A stretch of 62,215 nucleotides of DNA, from positions 1 to 62,215 of IMG/VR virus record IMGVR_UViG_3300021335_000015; one strand, given 5' to 3'. Numbering within the stretch: the first letter of the stretch is position 1; every line of letters begins with the position of its first letter. The translations under genes and the position numbers were made by a program. Positions 40,797-50,765 of the stretch are shown piece by piece. Source of the DNA: a virus (lineage: Duplodnaviria; Caudoviricetes). Below the pieces are notes generated by a model, which was given only the letters and a program-made list of their open reading frames with translations, was not told the DNA's origin and made no database searches.

Positions 40797-42408
40797 TTAT
40801 AGTAAGAACTCCTATCTAGGTAATCCTCAGATCAAACGAGATGGTGTCGCAGAAGAATGGGACGCCACGAAACTCCGTGAGTATAAGAAATGCATGGAGG
40901 ATCCATCGTACTTTTGTAAAAAATATGTGAAGGTAATCCACCTAGACAAGGGTCTTGTTCCCTTTGATCTCTATCCGTATCAGGAAGACATGTTCGACCA
41001 CTTCGAGGAGAATCGATTTTCCATTGTGCTTGCGTGTCGTCAGTCTGGTAAGTCAATCAGTTCAGTTGGATACATTCTGTGGTATGCTCTGTTCCATCCG
41101 GAGAAGACCATTGCGATCCTCGCAAACAAGGGTGCGACTGCACGTGAGATGCTTGCACGTGTAACCTTGATGTTGGAGAACTTACCGTTCTTCTTACAGC
41201 CGGGATGTAAGGCGCTCAACAAGGGGTCGATCGAACTATCGAACAACTCGCGTATCGTTGCCGCGGCAACCTCTGGTTCGTCGATTCGTGGTATGTCGGT
41301 CAACCTACTATTCCTAGATGAGTTTGCGTTCGTAGAGAACGCGGCAGAGTTCTACACCTCAACCTATCCAGTGGTATCATCTGGTACAGACACCAAGGTT
41401 ATCATCACGTCTACTGCAAACGGTATTGGTAATACCTACCACAAGATCTGGGAAGGCGCAGTCCAAAACGTAAACGAATACAAACCATTCCGTGTGGACT
41501 GGTGGGACGTGCCTGGGCGAGATGAGAAGTGGAAAGAGGAGACCATCGCGAATACATCCCAACTCCAGTTTGATCAGGAATTTGGGAATACCTTCTTCGG
41601 GACGGGTGACACGTTGATCGAGGGTAATACCCTGTTGGATCTACGTGCGCGACAACCAATAAATCTACTGGAAGGTGGGGATCTCAAGGTATATGAGAAA
41701 CCCGTAAAGGATCATGAGTATATCATGACCGTGGATGTAAGTAAAGGTAGAGGTCAGGATTACTCGACATTTACGGTAATCGATGTATCACAAAGGCCAT
41801 TCAAGCAAGTGGCTGTATATCGAAACAACAATATTTCTCCCTTGCTCTACCCAAACATTATTTATAAATATGCGAATCTTTATAATGAAGCATTATGTGT
41901 CGTAGAGAACAACGATGCAGGTATGCTCGTTGCGGTCGGTCTCTATCAAGACTTAGAATATGAGAACATGTTCTTGGAGTCCGCAATCAAGTCCGACGCG
42001 ATCGGTGTGACAATGACTCGAAAGGTTAAACGCATCGGGTGTTCTTCTATTAAGGACATTCTGGAAAACAACAAATTAGAAGTAGTCGATGAAGAAACAA
42101 TCCTAGAGATATCGACGTTTGTGTCTAAAGGGGTTTCCTTTGAGGCGAGTGACGGGAACCATGACGACTTGATGATGAATCTAGTGATGTTCGGATACTT
42201 CGTCTCCACCCAATCCTTCGGAGATAACTTCGACATGAACATCAAGAACCTTCTGTTCGAAGAGAGAATGGCTCAGATCGAGGAAGACCTGCCGCCGTTC
42301 GGTATCATCGACGATGGGAGAGATCAGGTCGAAACGCCGTCGGTAGATGGTGCAGAATGGACGAACTTTCAGACCCCGTTCGATGCAAATTACGGTGAAA
42401 ACTGGTAA
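40789..42408 (+). CDS. gp17: Terminase large subunit gp17
   Basis: Walker A RQSGKS, Walker B LLFLDEFAF, nuclease DVSKGRGQDYS and HDDLMM. Confidence 0.96.
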   Translation: MSSYSKNSYLGNPQIKRDGVAEEWDATKLREYKKCMEDPSYFCKKYVKVIHLDKGLVPFDLYPYQEDMFDHFEENRFSIVLACRQSGKSISSVGYILWYALFHPEKTIAILANKGATAREMLARVTLMLENLPFFLQPGCKALNKGSIELSNNSRIVAAATSGSSIRGMSVNLLFLDEFAFVENAAEFYTSTYPVVSSGTDTKVIITSTANGIGNTYHKIWEGAVQNVNEYKPFRVDWWDVPGRDEKWKEETIANTSQLQFDQEFGNTFFGTGDTLIEGNTLLDLRARQPINLLEGGDLKVYEKPVKDHEYIMTVDVSKGRGQDYSTFTVIDVSQRPFKQVAVYRNNNISPLLYPNIIYKYANLYNEALCVVENNDAGMLVAVGLYQDLEYENMFLESAIKSDAIGVTMTRKVKRIGCSSIKDILENNKLEVVDEETILEISTFVSKGVSFEASDGNHDDLMMNLVMFGYFVSTQSFGDNFDMNIKNLLFEERMAQIEEDLPPFGIIDDGRDQVETPSVDGAEWTNFQTPFDANYGENW

Positions 42409-42410
42409 GT

Positions 42411-42418
42411 TATAAATA
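42411..42418 (+). promoter_or_regulatory. T4-type late promoter
   Basis: TATAAATA before gp18. Confidence 0.85.
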
Positions 42419-42484
42419 GTGTTATTGACGATATTACTCCGTATTATGTTTAACTTATTATACCTTAACTAGAAGGATACAATC

Positions 42485-43876
42485 ATGGCTCTTATTTCAC
42501 AGGCATCTCCGCATGTCCAGTTGAAAGAAATCGATCTGTCGGGAACTGTCCCAGCGGTCACTTCTACAACTGGCGCATTCGTCGGAGACTTTGCGTGGGG
42601 CCCTTCAAACGAACCAGTTCTTGTCGGTGACGAATCAGAGCTAGTTTCTAAATTCGGGTCTCCAAAGGACGGAAGTGACTCAAAGGATTTCCTTGCAGTC
42701 GCTCAGTTCTTAAAGTATTCGGGTAGTGCGTTTGTAACTCGTGTAAACGGTGGTGTTCGTGCAGAAGACGATGTAGTCTCTGCAAAACACGTCGGTACAA
42801 AGGGCAACAAACTATCCGTAACAGTTTCGGGCGTAAGCCCAGACTTATCAGTCACTGTCTCATATGACGGTGAGTCAGTCGAATCATTTGACTTCCTAAG
42901 TGCAACGGTCGGTGACGAACGTTATGCAGTCGAGTACGTAAACCGTCGTTCAAACTGGATCTCTCTATCAGATGTACCAGTAGCGGCAACTTATGACCTA
43001 GAAAACGGAACAGACGTTGCAGGCAGTAACCTTGCGGCGATCGAAAGTGCATACGGCGATGTTGATCAAATTCAGATCGACTTCATTTGTGCGCACAACG
43101 TTCCAAACAACCAAGTATCAAACGTTGTTCAAGTTGCAGAAAATCGCATGGACTGTGTTGTTGTTGCATCACCAGATCAAGCACCTTTCACTGCACAACA
43201 CGTTATTGATTGGGCAGTTACAAAGCCTTCGTCTTCATATCTAATCATGGACGGTAACTGGGTTCAAGTTTACAACAAGTATGAAGACCAGTACGAAATG
43301 ATCCCAGCATGTTCATCAACTGCGGGTATCATGGCGGCGTCTGACCTAGATTCTGCACCTTGGTTCTCGCCTGCGGGAACGCGTCGTGGTCAGTACTTCG
43401 GCGTATCAGCACTTTCGTTCAATCCAACGAAGTCTGATCGTAACGCTATGTATGAAGCGCGTGTCAATCCAATCGTGTCTATGCCAGGTCAAGGAACCGT
43501 ACTATTCGGTGACAAGACTGCGTTATCACGTCCATCTGCATTCGATCGCATCAACGTCCGTCGACTATTCCTAGTCATCGAACGTGCAATCGGTGAAGCT
43601 GCAAAACAAGTTCTATTCGAACTAAACGACGACTTCACTCGTGCAGAGTTCACAAACATCGTAGAACCATTCCTACGTGAGATTCAGGGTCGTCGTGGTA
43701 TCACAGACTTCCGTGTAGTTTGTGACGAAACGAATAACACACCTGCTATAATCGATCAGAACCAATTCATCGCGTCTGTCTTCATCAAGCCAGCACGTTC
43801 AATCAACTACGTCACTCTCAACTTCGTCGCAGTCCGTACTGGTGTCGAATTTGAAGAAGTTGTCGGCACTGTATAA
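42485..43876 (+). CDS. gp18: Tail sheath protein gp18 (compact, 463 aa)
   Basis: SPHVQLKEIDLS, WFSPAG, AFDRINVRRLF, KPARSINYVTLNF. Confidence 0.96.
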   Translation: MALISQASPHVQLKEIDLSGTVPAVTSTTGAFVGDFAWGPSNEPVLVGDESELVSKFGSPKDGSDSKDFLAVAQFLKYSGSAFVTRVNGGVRAEDDVVSAKHVGTKGNKLSVTVSGVSPDLSVTVSYDGESVESFDFLSATVGDERYAVEYVNRRSNWISLSDVPVAATYDLENGTDVAGSNLAAIESAYGDVDQIQIDFICAHNVPNNQVSNVVQVAENRMDCVVVASPDQAPFTAQHVIDWAVTKPSSSYLIMDGNWVQVYNKYEDQYEMIPACSSTAGIMAASDLDSAPWFSPAGTRRGQYFGVSALSFNPTKSDRNAMYEARVNPIVSMPGQGTVLFGDKTALSRPSAFDRINVRRLFLVIERAIGEAAKQVLFELNDDFTRAEFTNIVEPFLREIQGRRGITDFRVVCDETNNTPAIIDQNQFIASVFIKPARSINYVTLNFVAVRTGVEFEEVVGTV

Positions 43877-43887
43877 GGAGATTGAAC

Positions 43888-44412
43888 ATGTCACTTAGAG
43901 TAGACGATTTTAAAGCAAAACTAAAAGGCGGTGGTGCACGTTCTAACTTATTTCGTGTCATCCTAAACTACCCTGCGTATGCTGGCGGAGATTCGGAACT
44001 AACTTCATTCATGTGTAAGGCATCACAGTTACCTGCATCAACAGTAGCTGCAATTGATGTTCCTTTCCGTGGTCGTGTCCTAAAGATTGCGGGTGACCGT
44101 ACATTCGAAGACTGGAACGTAACGGTAACCAACGACACAGGTTTTGAAGTTCGTGACGCAATGGAACGCTGGATGAATGGCATCAATGGTCATAGTGCAA
44201 ACTCAGGTCTAACAAGTCCTATTGCATACCAAGCGGATATGACTGTAGAACAACTTGACAAAGACGGAAGCGTACTAAAGTCGTACACATTCCGTGGTGC
44301 ATTCCCAATCAGTGTCGCATCAATTGAGTTATCATACGACTCAAACGACGCGATCGAGGAATTCCAAGTTGATTTCGCAATCCAATACTGGGAGTCAAAT
44401 ACCACTAGTTAA
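43888..44412 (+). CDS. gp19: Tail tube protein gp19
   Basis: GGARSNLF, FRGRVLKIAGDRTF; ATG after AAGGAG. Confidence 0.95.
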   Translation: MSLRVDDFKAKLKGGGARSNLFRVILNYPAYAGGDSELTSFMCKASQLPASTVAAIDVPFRGRVLKIAGDRTFEDWNVTVTNDTGFEVRDAMERWMNGINGHSANSGLTSPIAYQADMTVEQLDKDGSVLKSYTFRGAFPISVASIELSYDSNDAIEEFQVDFAIQYWESNTTS

Positions 44413-44475
44413 AGGTATTATAAGTAAGTTTGATGGGGGTGCCTTGCACCCCCTTATACTTGAACTGAGGATCCT

Positions 44476-45981
44476 ATGGCAGATAATGACTCAAACGTTT
44501 TCTCCGCGTTCGGTTTCGAACTGAAGAGAACATCTAAAGAAAAAGATGAAAAGAAGGTAACGTCTATCGTCCCTAAAGTGGATGAGGATGGTGCTGGTTA
44601 CGTCACCGCGTCGGGTTCGTACTTCGGACAATACATCGACATGGAAGGCGGTTCTGCAAAAGATAATCACGGACTCATCACTAAGTATCGACAGATCGCG
44701 GAACATCCGGAAGTCGATGCTGCAATCGAAGACATCCTAAACGAATCTATCGTTGCGGGTGAACTAGAATCTACTGTTGCGTTGAACCTAGACAAGGTCG
44801 ACACTTCAGACAAAATCAAAAACACATTACTCGAAGAGTTCGACAACATCGTTGCGATGTTGAACTTCGAGGAATACGGTCACGACATGTTCCGTTCATG
44901 GTATGTCGATGGTCGTCTATACCACCACCTTGTGGTCGACACAGACAATCCTAAGATGGGGGTCCAAGAGATCCGTCCGATCGACGCTGCAAAGATCCGC
45001 AAGGTCAAAGAGGTGAAACACAAAACAGATCCAGCAACTGGCGCGAAACTGGTAGACAAAGTAAACGAGTTTTACATCTACCAAGACAAAGGCGGTACAG
45101 GCACTGGTGTCAAGTTGACCTCTGATTCTGTTTCGTATATCACTTCAGGTCTACTGGACAACTCAAAGAAGCGTGTCCTATCCTACCTACAGAAAGCAAT
45201 CAAACCCGTAAACCAGTTGCGCATGATGGAAGATTCGTTAGTCATCTATCGTATGTCTCGCGCACCTGAACGTCGTATCTTCTACATCGACGTGGGTAAC
45301 TTGCCGAAGGGTAAATCAGAACAATACATCAAGGACATCATGGCGCGTTACCGCAACAAGATCGTCTATGATGCGAACACGGGTGAGATCAAGGATGATC
45401 GCAAGCATATGTCAATGCTTGAGGACTTCTGGTTACCACGTCGTGAAGGTGGTCGAGGAACAGAGATTAGTACACTGCCAGGCGGTGAGAATCTTGGTCA
45501 GATCGATGACATCATTTATTTTCAAAAGAAGTTGTACCGTTCACTGAACGTACCTCTATCACGTCTCGAACAGGAACAACAGTTCGCACTAGGTCGTGCG
45601 ACAGAGATCAATCGTGATGAGGTGAAGTTCCAGAAGTTCATCGATAGGATTCGTCGCAAGTTCGGAAACCTATTCACGGGTATCCTGCGTAAGCAGTTGT
45701 TGCTGAAAGGTATATGTACTGAACAGGACTGGGAGTCGTGGAAGAACCACATCCAGATCGACTTCAACCGTGACAACCACTTTGTCGAATTGAAGGAAGC
45801 AGAACTATTGCGCGAACGACTACAGACTATGGACCAGATTTCCACATACGTAGGAGAGTACTTCTCACGTGAGTGGGTTATGAAAAACGTCATGATGTTT
45901 AATGATGAAGACATTGCAGAGATGGCGAAACAAGTCGAAGCCGAGAATGAGAACGGCGACGATATGGATGATGACTTTTAA
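44476..45981 (+). CDS. gp20: Portal protein gp20
   Basis: WYVDGR, RAPERRIFYIDVGN, EDFWLPRREGGRGTEI. Confidence 0.97.
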   Translation: MADNDSNVFSAFGFELKRTSKEKDEKKVTSIVPKVDEDGAGYVTASGSYFGQYIDMEGGSAKDNHGLITKYRQIAEHPEVDAAIEDILNESIVAGELESTVALNLDKVDTSDKIKNTLLEEFDNIVAMLNFEEYGHDMFRSWYVDGRLYHHLVVDTDNPKMGVQEIRPIDAAKIRKVKEVKHKTDPATGAKLVDKVNEFYIYQDKGGTGTGVKLTSDSVSYITSGLLDNSKKRVLSYLQKAIKPVNQLRMMEDSLVIYRMSRAPERRIFYIDVGNLPKGKSEQYIKDIMARYRNKIVYDANTGEIKDDRKHMSMLEDFWLPRREGGRGTEISTLPGGENLGQIDDIIYFQKKLYRSLNVPLSRLEQEQQFALGRATEINRDEVKFQKFIDRIRRKFGNLFTGILRKQLLLKGICTEQDWESWKNHIQIDFNRDNHFVELKEAELLRERLQTMDQISTYVGEYFSREWVMKNVMMFNDEDIAEMAKQVEAENENGDDMDDDF

Positions 45982-45993
45982 GGAGTATATGTA

Positions 45994-46272
45994 ATGAGCG
46001 AAACTGAAACAGTTGAACTATCACCAACAGAAAATCTAATCAACGCACTAGAGGTCGGCAACTTCACTTCCGCCGAGGATCTATTTAACACCCTTATGCA
46101 AGACAAGGTGCAAGACGCACTTGATGCGGAGAAGGTTAGTGTTGCGGGTCAGATCTTCAATGGTGTTGAAACAGAAGATTTAGAAGTAACCGACGAAGAA
46201 ATCGACGCGGCGCTAGAGTCTGACGACTTCGAAGACGTGGAGTTCGGTGAAGAAGCGGACGATTTCGAATAA
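45994..46272 (+). CDS. Acidic prohead core protein (gp67-like by position)
   Basis: Very acidic small ORF directly after the portal gene. Confidence 0.55.
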   Translation: MSETETVELSPTENLINALEVGNFTSAEDLFNTLMQDKVQDALDAEKVSVAGQIFNGVETEDLEVTDEEIDAALESDDFEDVEFGEEADDFE

Positions 46273-46296
46273 AATCGTGGTTAAAAACTTTTTGTG

Positions 46297-46304
46297 TATA
46301 AATA
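46297..46304 (+). promoter_or_regulatory. T4-type late promoter
   Basis: TATAAATA. Confidence 0.85.
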
Positions 46305-46323
46305 CTCCAATAGGGAGACAAGA

Positions 46324-46521
46324 ATGAAAACTTTTCAAGAAATTCGTGAAGCAAAGGACAAGGTCGTCTTCAACAAGAAGATGTCTGGTTATCCTGTTGT
46401 TATCACCAAGACACCGAAGGGTTTTCACCTAACGATCGACGGAGACTCTGTCGATACGTTTAAGTCACAGAAAGAAGCGGAGTCTACCGCTAAACAAGTC
46501 CTGAAGGACTTAGGAAAATAA
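46324..46521 (+). CDS. Small prohead-region protein (gp68-like position)
   Basis: MKTFQEIRE start after GGGAG, just before gp21. Confidence 0.55.
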   Translation: MKTFQEIREAKDKVVFNKKMSGYPVVITKTPKGFHLTIDGDSVDTFKSQKEAESTAKQVLKDLGK

Positions 46522-46522
46522 A

Positions 46523-47182
46523 ATGAAACTGATTAGCGAATTCGTAGAAAACGACATTGAATGCATCGTTGAAGCCAAAGAGAACGGCGAGAAGAACTAT
46601 GTCATTGAAGGTGTATTCGCTCAGGCAGACAAAAAGAATCGTAACGGACGTATCTACCCAAAACCAATTATGGAGAATGCGGTAAATACGTATGTTGAAA
46701 ATCAGGTTAGCAAAAAACGCGCGGTCGGTGAATTGAATCACCCAGAAGGCCCGACTGTTAACTTGGATAAAGTTTCTCACCTCATTACTGACTTGAAATT
46801 TGAAGGAAATGATGTGGTTGGAAAGGCGCAAATATTGGACACCCCAATGGGTCAGATAGTGAAAGGTCTCTTAGAGGGCGGTGTTCAACTAGGTGTGTCA
46901 ACTCGTGGAATGGGAAGTCTTGAGAGTAAAAACGGCGTAATGTACGTCAAGGATGATTTTATTCTTGCTACGGTAGATATCGTACAAGATCCATCGGCAC
47001 CGGAAGCATTTGTTAATGGGATTATGGAAGGTGTAGATTGGGTGTGGAATAACGGAATCCTAGAACCTCAAGCTATTGAAGATATAGAGACTGAAATTAA
47101 GCAAGCACCTATCGCACATCAACCTGAAGTGCAGATTCGTGAATTCAAGAATTTCCTCTCGTTAATCAAATCTAAACTATAA
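46523..47182 (+). CDS. gp21: Prohead protease gp21
   Basis: NRNGRIY, GELNHP, LGVSTRGMGS, DIVQDPSAP. Confidence 0.95.
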   Translation: MKLISEFVENDIECIVEAKENGEKNYVIEGVFAQADKKNRNGRIYPKPIMENAVNTYVENQVSKKRAVGELNHPEGPTVNLDKVSHLITDLKFEGNDVVGKAQILDTPMGQIVKGLLEGGVQLGVSTRGMGSLESKNGVMYVKDDFILATVDIVQDPSAPEAFVNGIMEGVDWVWNNGILEPQAIEDIETEIKQAPIAHQPEVQIREFKNFLSLIKSKL

Positions 47183-47191
47183 GGAGTCACT

Positions 47192-48223
47192 ATGACTGAT
47201 TTAAATAAAGCAGCAGAAAGTGAAATCCGCGATACCGAGATTGAAACTAACGAAATCGTGGAGGAAACTCTCGAAGAAGCAGCTCCAGAAAACAAAGATG
47301 CAGTCACAGAACCAGAAGCGCAATCTTCGGTCGACAAAGCATCGGACGCTGCTCCAAAGGCTACCCCACCAAAAACCAAAGCAGGCATGATCAATGCTAT
47401 GTTCAGCAAACTAAATACTTCATCAAAAGCAGACGTACAAGCTGCTTACGAGAAGATGTATGAAGGTGCTGAAAGCGTTGACGCTGAACTTGCAGTTGAG
47501 GAAGTAGATACTGCTTCTGAACTTGCTGCGATTGTTGAAGGTGAAGCGACTCTATCTGAGGAGTTCAAGCAAAAGACATCTGTAATCTTCGAAGCGGCTG
47601 TAAAGTCAAAGCTATCTGAAGAGATCACACGTCTTGAAGAGAACTACGCGGTAGAACTTGCTGAAGAAGTCGAAACAATCAAAACTGACCTAGTCGGTAA
47701 GGTTGATTCATACCTAAACTATGTAGTTGAAACTTGGATGGAAGACAACAAGGTTGCTATTCAGAACGGTCTACGTACTGAAATCGCAGAGTCTTTCATG
47801 AACAACATGCGTGACCTATTCGTAGAGTCATACATCGAAGTTCCAGAAACCAAGGTCGACCTAGTTGACGAACTTGCAGGACAAGTAGAAGAGTTAGAAG
47901 AACGTCTAAACAACACTACTGGTGATGCAATTTCACTAGCTGAAGAACTTGAAACTTATAAGCGTAACACTATCATCGCTGAGGCATCACGTGATTTAGC
48001 AGATACACAAGCGGAGAAGCTAAAGGGTCTCCTAGAAAGCGTTGACTTTGAGAACGAAGAATCTTTCGTTGCTAAAGTAAACACTGTCAAGGAATCATAC
48101 TTCTCAAAAGAAATCCCAGAGCAACTTGAAGAATCTGTCGAAGAATCGGCAGAGGAAGAAGTAGAGGTTTCATCTGTAATGGAGAACTACCTACACGCTC
48201 TTCGTAAAACCACTAAGCAATAA
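47192..48223 (+). CDS. gp22: Prohead scaffold protein gp22
   Basis: LSEEFK..IFEAAV, VDSYLNYVVETW. Confidence 0.92.
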   Translation: MTDLNKAAESEIRDTEIETNEIVEETLEEAAPENKDAVTEPEAQSSVDKASDAAPKATPPKTKAGMINAMFSKLNTSSKADVQAAYEKMYEGAESVDAELAVEEVDTASELAAIVEGEATLSEEFKQKTSVIFEAAVKSKLSEEITRLEENYAVELAEEVETIKTDLVGKVDSYLNYVVETWMEDNKVAIQNGLRTEIAESFMNNMRDLFVESYIEVPETKVDLVDELAGQVEELEERLNNTTGDAISLAEELETYKRNTIIAEASRDLADTQAEKLKGLLESVDFENEESFVAKVNTVKESYFSKEIPEQLEESVEESAEEEVEVSSVMENYLHALRKTTKQ

Positions 48224-48234
48224 GGAATAGTAAA

Positions 48235-49536
48235 ATGCAATCATTCGATACATTGATTGAGAAGTGGTCACCAGTACTTAACGAAGAATCTGCTGGCGCG
48301 ATCACTGATCCACTACGTAAGGCAGTAACTGCTGCCGTCCTAGAAAACCAAGAAAAGGCTCTAATGGAAGAGCGCGCTGCAACAGCAGGTTTTCTAGCAG
48401 AAGCACCAACTAACGCAACTGGCGGTGCTGTCGCGAACTGGGATCCAGTTCTAATCTCACTAGTACGTCGCGCAATGCCAAACCTAATGGCATACGACCT
48501 ATGTGGTGTCCAGCCAATGTCTGGTCCAACTGGTCTAATCTTCGCGATGAAGTCGCACTACAACTCACAGACAGGTCCAGAAGCTCTAGGTCTTGACGAG
48601 CCACAATCTGGTTTCTCTGGTGCAGTCGATGCAGCAGGCGAATCTTCAGGTCTTGCTGGTCTACAAACTGACGGAACTGGTCGTGAACTAGGTCTACCAG
48701 GCCGTCCAATGTCTACAGGCGCTGCTGAGTCTCTAGGTGAAGCTGACGGTTCATTCAAGGAAATGGGTTTCTCAATCGAGAAGCAGAGCGTTGTTGCTAA
48801 GTCACGCGCACTGAAGGCTGAGTACTCACTAGAACTTGCACAAGACCTAAAGGCAATCCACGGTCTTGACGCAGAGACAGAACTAGCAAACATTCTGTCT
48901 ACAGAAATCCTTGCAGAGATCAACCGCGAAATCGTTCGTACAATCAACTCTCAAGCGGTTCTAGGTGCACAGACTTCTAACGTCGCTGCTCCAGGCATCT
49001 TTGACGTATCAACAGACGGCGACGGTCGTTGGTCTGCTGAGAAGTTCAAGGGTCTAGCAATGCAAATCGATCGTGAAGCAAACGCAATCGCGAAGGCTAC
49101 ACGTCGTGGTAAGGGTAACATCGTTGTATGTTCATCTGACGTTGCTACTGCACTTGCAGCTTCTGGTCAACTAGACTACACACCAGGCGCTGGTCTATCA
49201 GTAGATGATACTGGTAACACATTCGCTGGTACTCTAAACGGTCGTCTACGCGTATTCATCGACCCATATGCAACTGTTGATTACCTAACAGTTGGTTATA
49301 AGGGAACAAACGCATACGACGCAGGTATGTTCTACTGCCCATACGTACCACTACAGATGGTCAAGGCTGTTGCAGAAGATACATTCCAACCAAAGATTGG
49401 TTTCAAGACTCGTTACGGTATGGCTGCAAACCCATTCGTATCAGGTCCAGGCCAACACGACATGGCGAACACAGCAGGTGCGAACACATACTACCGCATC
49501 TTCCGTGTAGATAACCTAATGGTCCAAGGATCATAA
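48235..49536 (+). CDS. gp23: Major capsid protein gp23
   Basis: GVQPMSGPTGLIF, SRALKAEYSLELAQDLKAIHGLDAE, FQPKIGFKTRYG. Confidence 0.98.
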   Translation: MQSFDTLIEKWSPVLNEESAGAITDPLRKAVTAAVLENQEKALMEERAATAGFLAEAPTNATGGAVANWDPVLISLVRRAMPNLMAYDLCGVQPMSGPTGLIFAMKSHYNSQTGPEALGLDEPQSGFSGAVDAAGESSGLAGLQTDGTGRELGLPGRPMSTGAAESLGEADGSFKEMGFSIEKQSVVAKSRALKAEYSLELAQDLKAIHGLDAETELANILSTEILAEINREIVRTINSQAVLGAQTSNVAAPGIFDVSTDGDGRWSAEKFKGLAMQIDREANAIAKATRRGKGNIVVCSSDVATALAASGQLDYTPGAGLSVDDTGNTFAGTLNGRLRVFIDPYATVDYLTVGYKGTNAYDAGMFYCPYVPLQMVKAVAEDTFQPKIGFKTRYGMAANPFVSGPGQHDMANTAGANTYYRIFRVDNLMVQGS

Positions 49537-49565
49537 TAAAAAGAACTATTCATTAGTCATTTTTT

Positions 49566-49604
49566 AGGGAGTCTTCGGACTCCCTTTTTTTATGCGTATA
49601 AATA
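49566..49604 (+). terminator. UUCG terminator followed by late promoter TATAAATA (49597-49604)
   Basis: Near-identical to the element at 37909-37947. Confidence 0.9.
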
Positions 49605-49625
49605 AAATGACTAAGAGGATACACT

Positions 49626-50090
49626 ATGAGCGTAACATCTAACACAAACTTCTTGCAACCTACGGGATTCCGTGTCGTCATCGAACGCGCAAAATACGGA
49701 AACCTAGAATTCTTTGCACAATCAGTAACGCATCCTGGCTCTACAGCAACTCCATTCGAAATGCCTGTACCGAAGGTTCAGAGATTTCCTGTTGCGGCAG
49801 ACACTATCGAGTATTCTGATTTGGGAATTTCACTCATCTTAGACGAAGATATGGTTGCTTATAAAGAGATGCAAGACTGGATGCAACGCACGGTTGATAG
49901 TTCAGAAGATCTCTCTCATGACATAACTATTATCATTCTCACAAGTCACAACAACGCGAACATCAAGATTAGGTATGAGGGGTGTCTTCCTACACAGATC
50001 GATTCAATAGAACTAAACTCCACGAGTGGAGACGTTGCATATATAACATACAACGCAACTTTTAGGTTTACTAAATTCACCATATCATGA
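49626..50090 (+). CDS. gp3: Tail completion/tube terminator gp3-like
   Basis: NFLQPTGF, FFAQSVTHPG, LDEDMVAYKEMQDW. Confidence 0.8.
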   Translation: MSVTSNTNFLQPTGFRVVIERAKYGNLEFFAQSVTHPGSTATPFEMPVPKVQRFPVAADTIEYSDLGISLILDEDMVAYKEMQDWMQRTVDSSEDLSHDITIIILTSHNNANIKIRYEGCLPTQIDSIELNSTSGDVAYITYNATFRFTKFTIS

Positions 50091-50731
50091 TGATGAAACT
50101 TGACATAAGAAACCGAAATCTACTAGAGATTTTGGAAGACTTCCGATATACGTATCGAGAGTTGTACCAACCCGAACAGACAAACCGATGTCTGGTAGAA
50201 GAGTTGCGTGGACAGGCAGACCGATACACAGGTGAAGAAGAGATGTGGAACGTCATCGATGAAGGTCGAGACCACAGGGGTGCCGCAGAGAACTCTCTTT
50301 GTCATCCTATCAAACCAGATCACTACTTCGGGACACATCCAGAAGAATACCGCAAGACGTGGAACGCACTAAACTCCAGTTTGATGGAGGAACTAGGTGT
50401 GCAACATAGTGCGTTATCAACACTCTATCCGCCAGGCGGTTTCATCGGTTGGCACAACAACGCAGACGCATCCGCATATAACGTGATCTTCACATGGTCC
50501 GAAAAGGGAGACGGGTGGTTTAAGTATGTCGACCCAAAGACTGAACATGTAATCACGGTTCAAGACGAACAGGGATGGAACTGTAAGGCTGGATACTTCG
50601 GAGATTACGATTCAGGGAACGTCGTCTATCACGCGGCACGTACAGGATGTTATCGCATGACCCTTAGTTACGTGTTGGGTCACGACGAACACTATTGGAA
50701 AGATTGTATTGAAACGATCACCAATGTGTGA
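50087..50731 (+). CDS. Fe(II) oxygenase-like protein, paralog of 27428-28135
   Basis: YPPGGFIGWHNN, GWFKY, WNCKAGYFG, YHAA, RMTLSY shared with 27428-28135. Confidence 0.65.
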   Translation: MMMKLDIRNRNLLEILEDFRYTYRELYQPEQTNRCLVEELRGQADRYTGEEEMWNVIDEGRDHRGAAENSLCHPIKPDHYFGTHPEEYRKTWNALNSSLMEELGVQHSALSTLYPPGGFIGWHNNADASAYNVIFTWSEKGDGWFKYVDPKTEHVITVQDEQGWNCKAGYFGDYDSGNVVYHAARTGCYRMTLSYVLGHDEHYWKDCIETITNV

Positions 50732-50737
50732 TATAAT
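50709..50737 (+). promoter_or_regulatory. Sigma70-type promoter for uvsY
   Basis: TTGAAA-17 nt-TATAAT. Confidence 0.7.
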
Positions 50738-50765
50738 GTAGTTTTGAAAACCCCACGGATTATAC

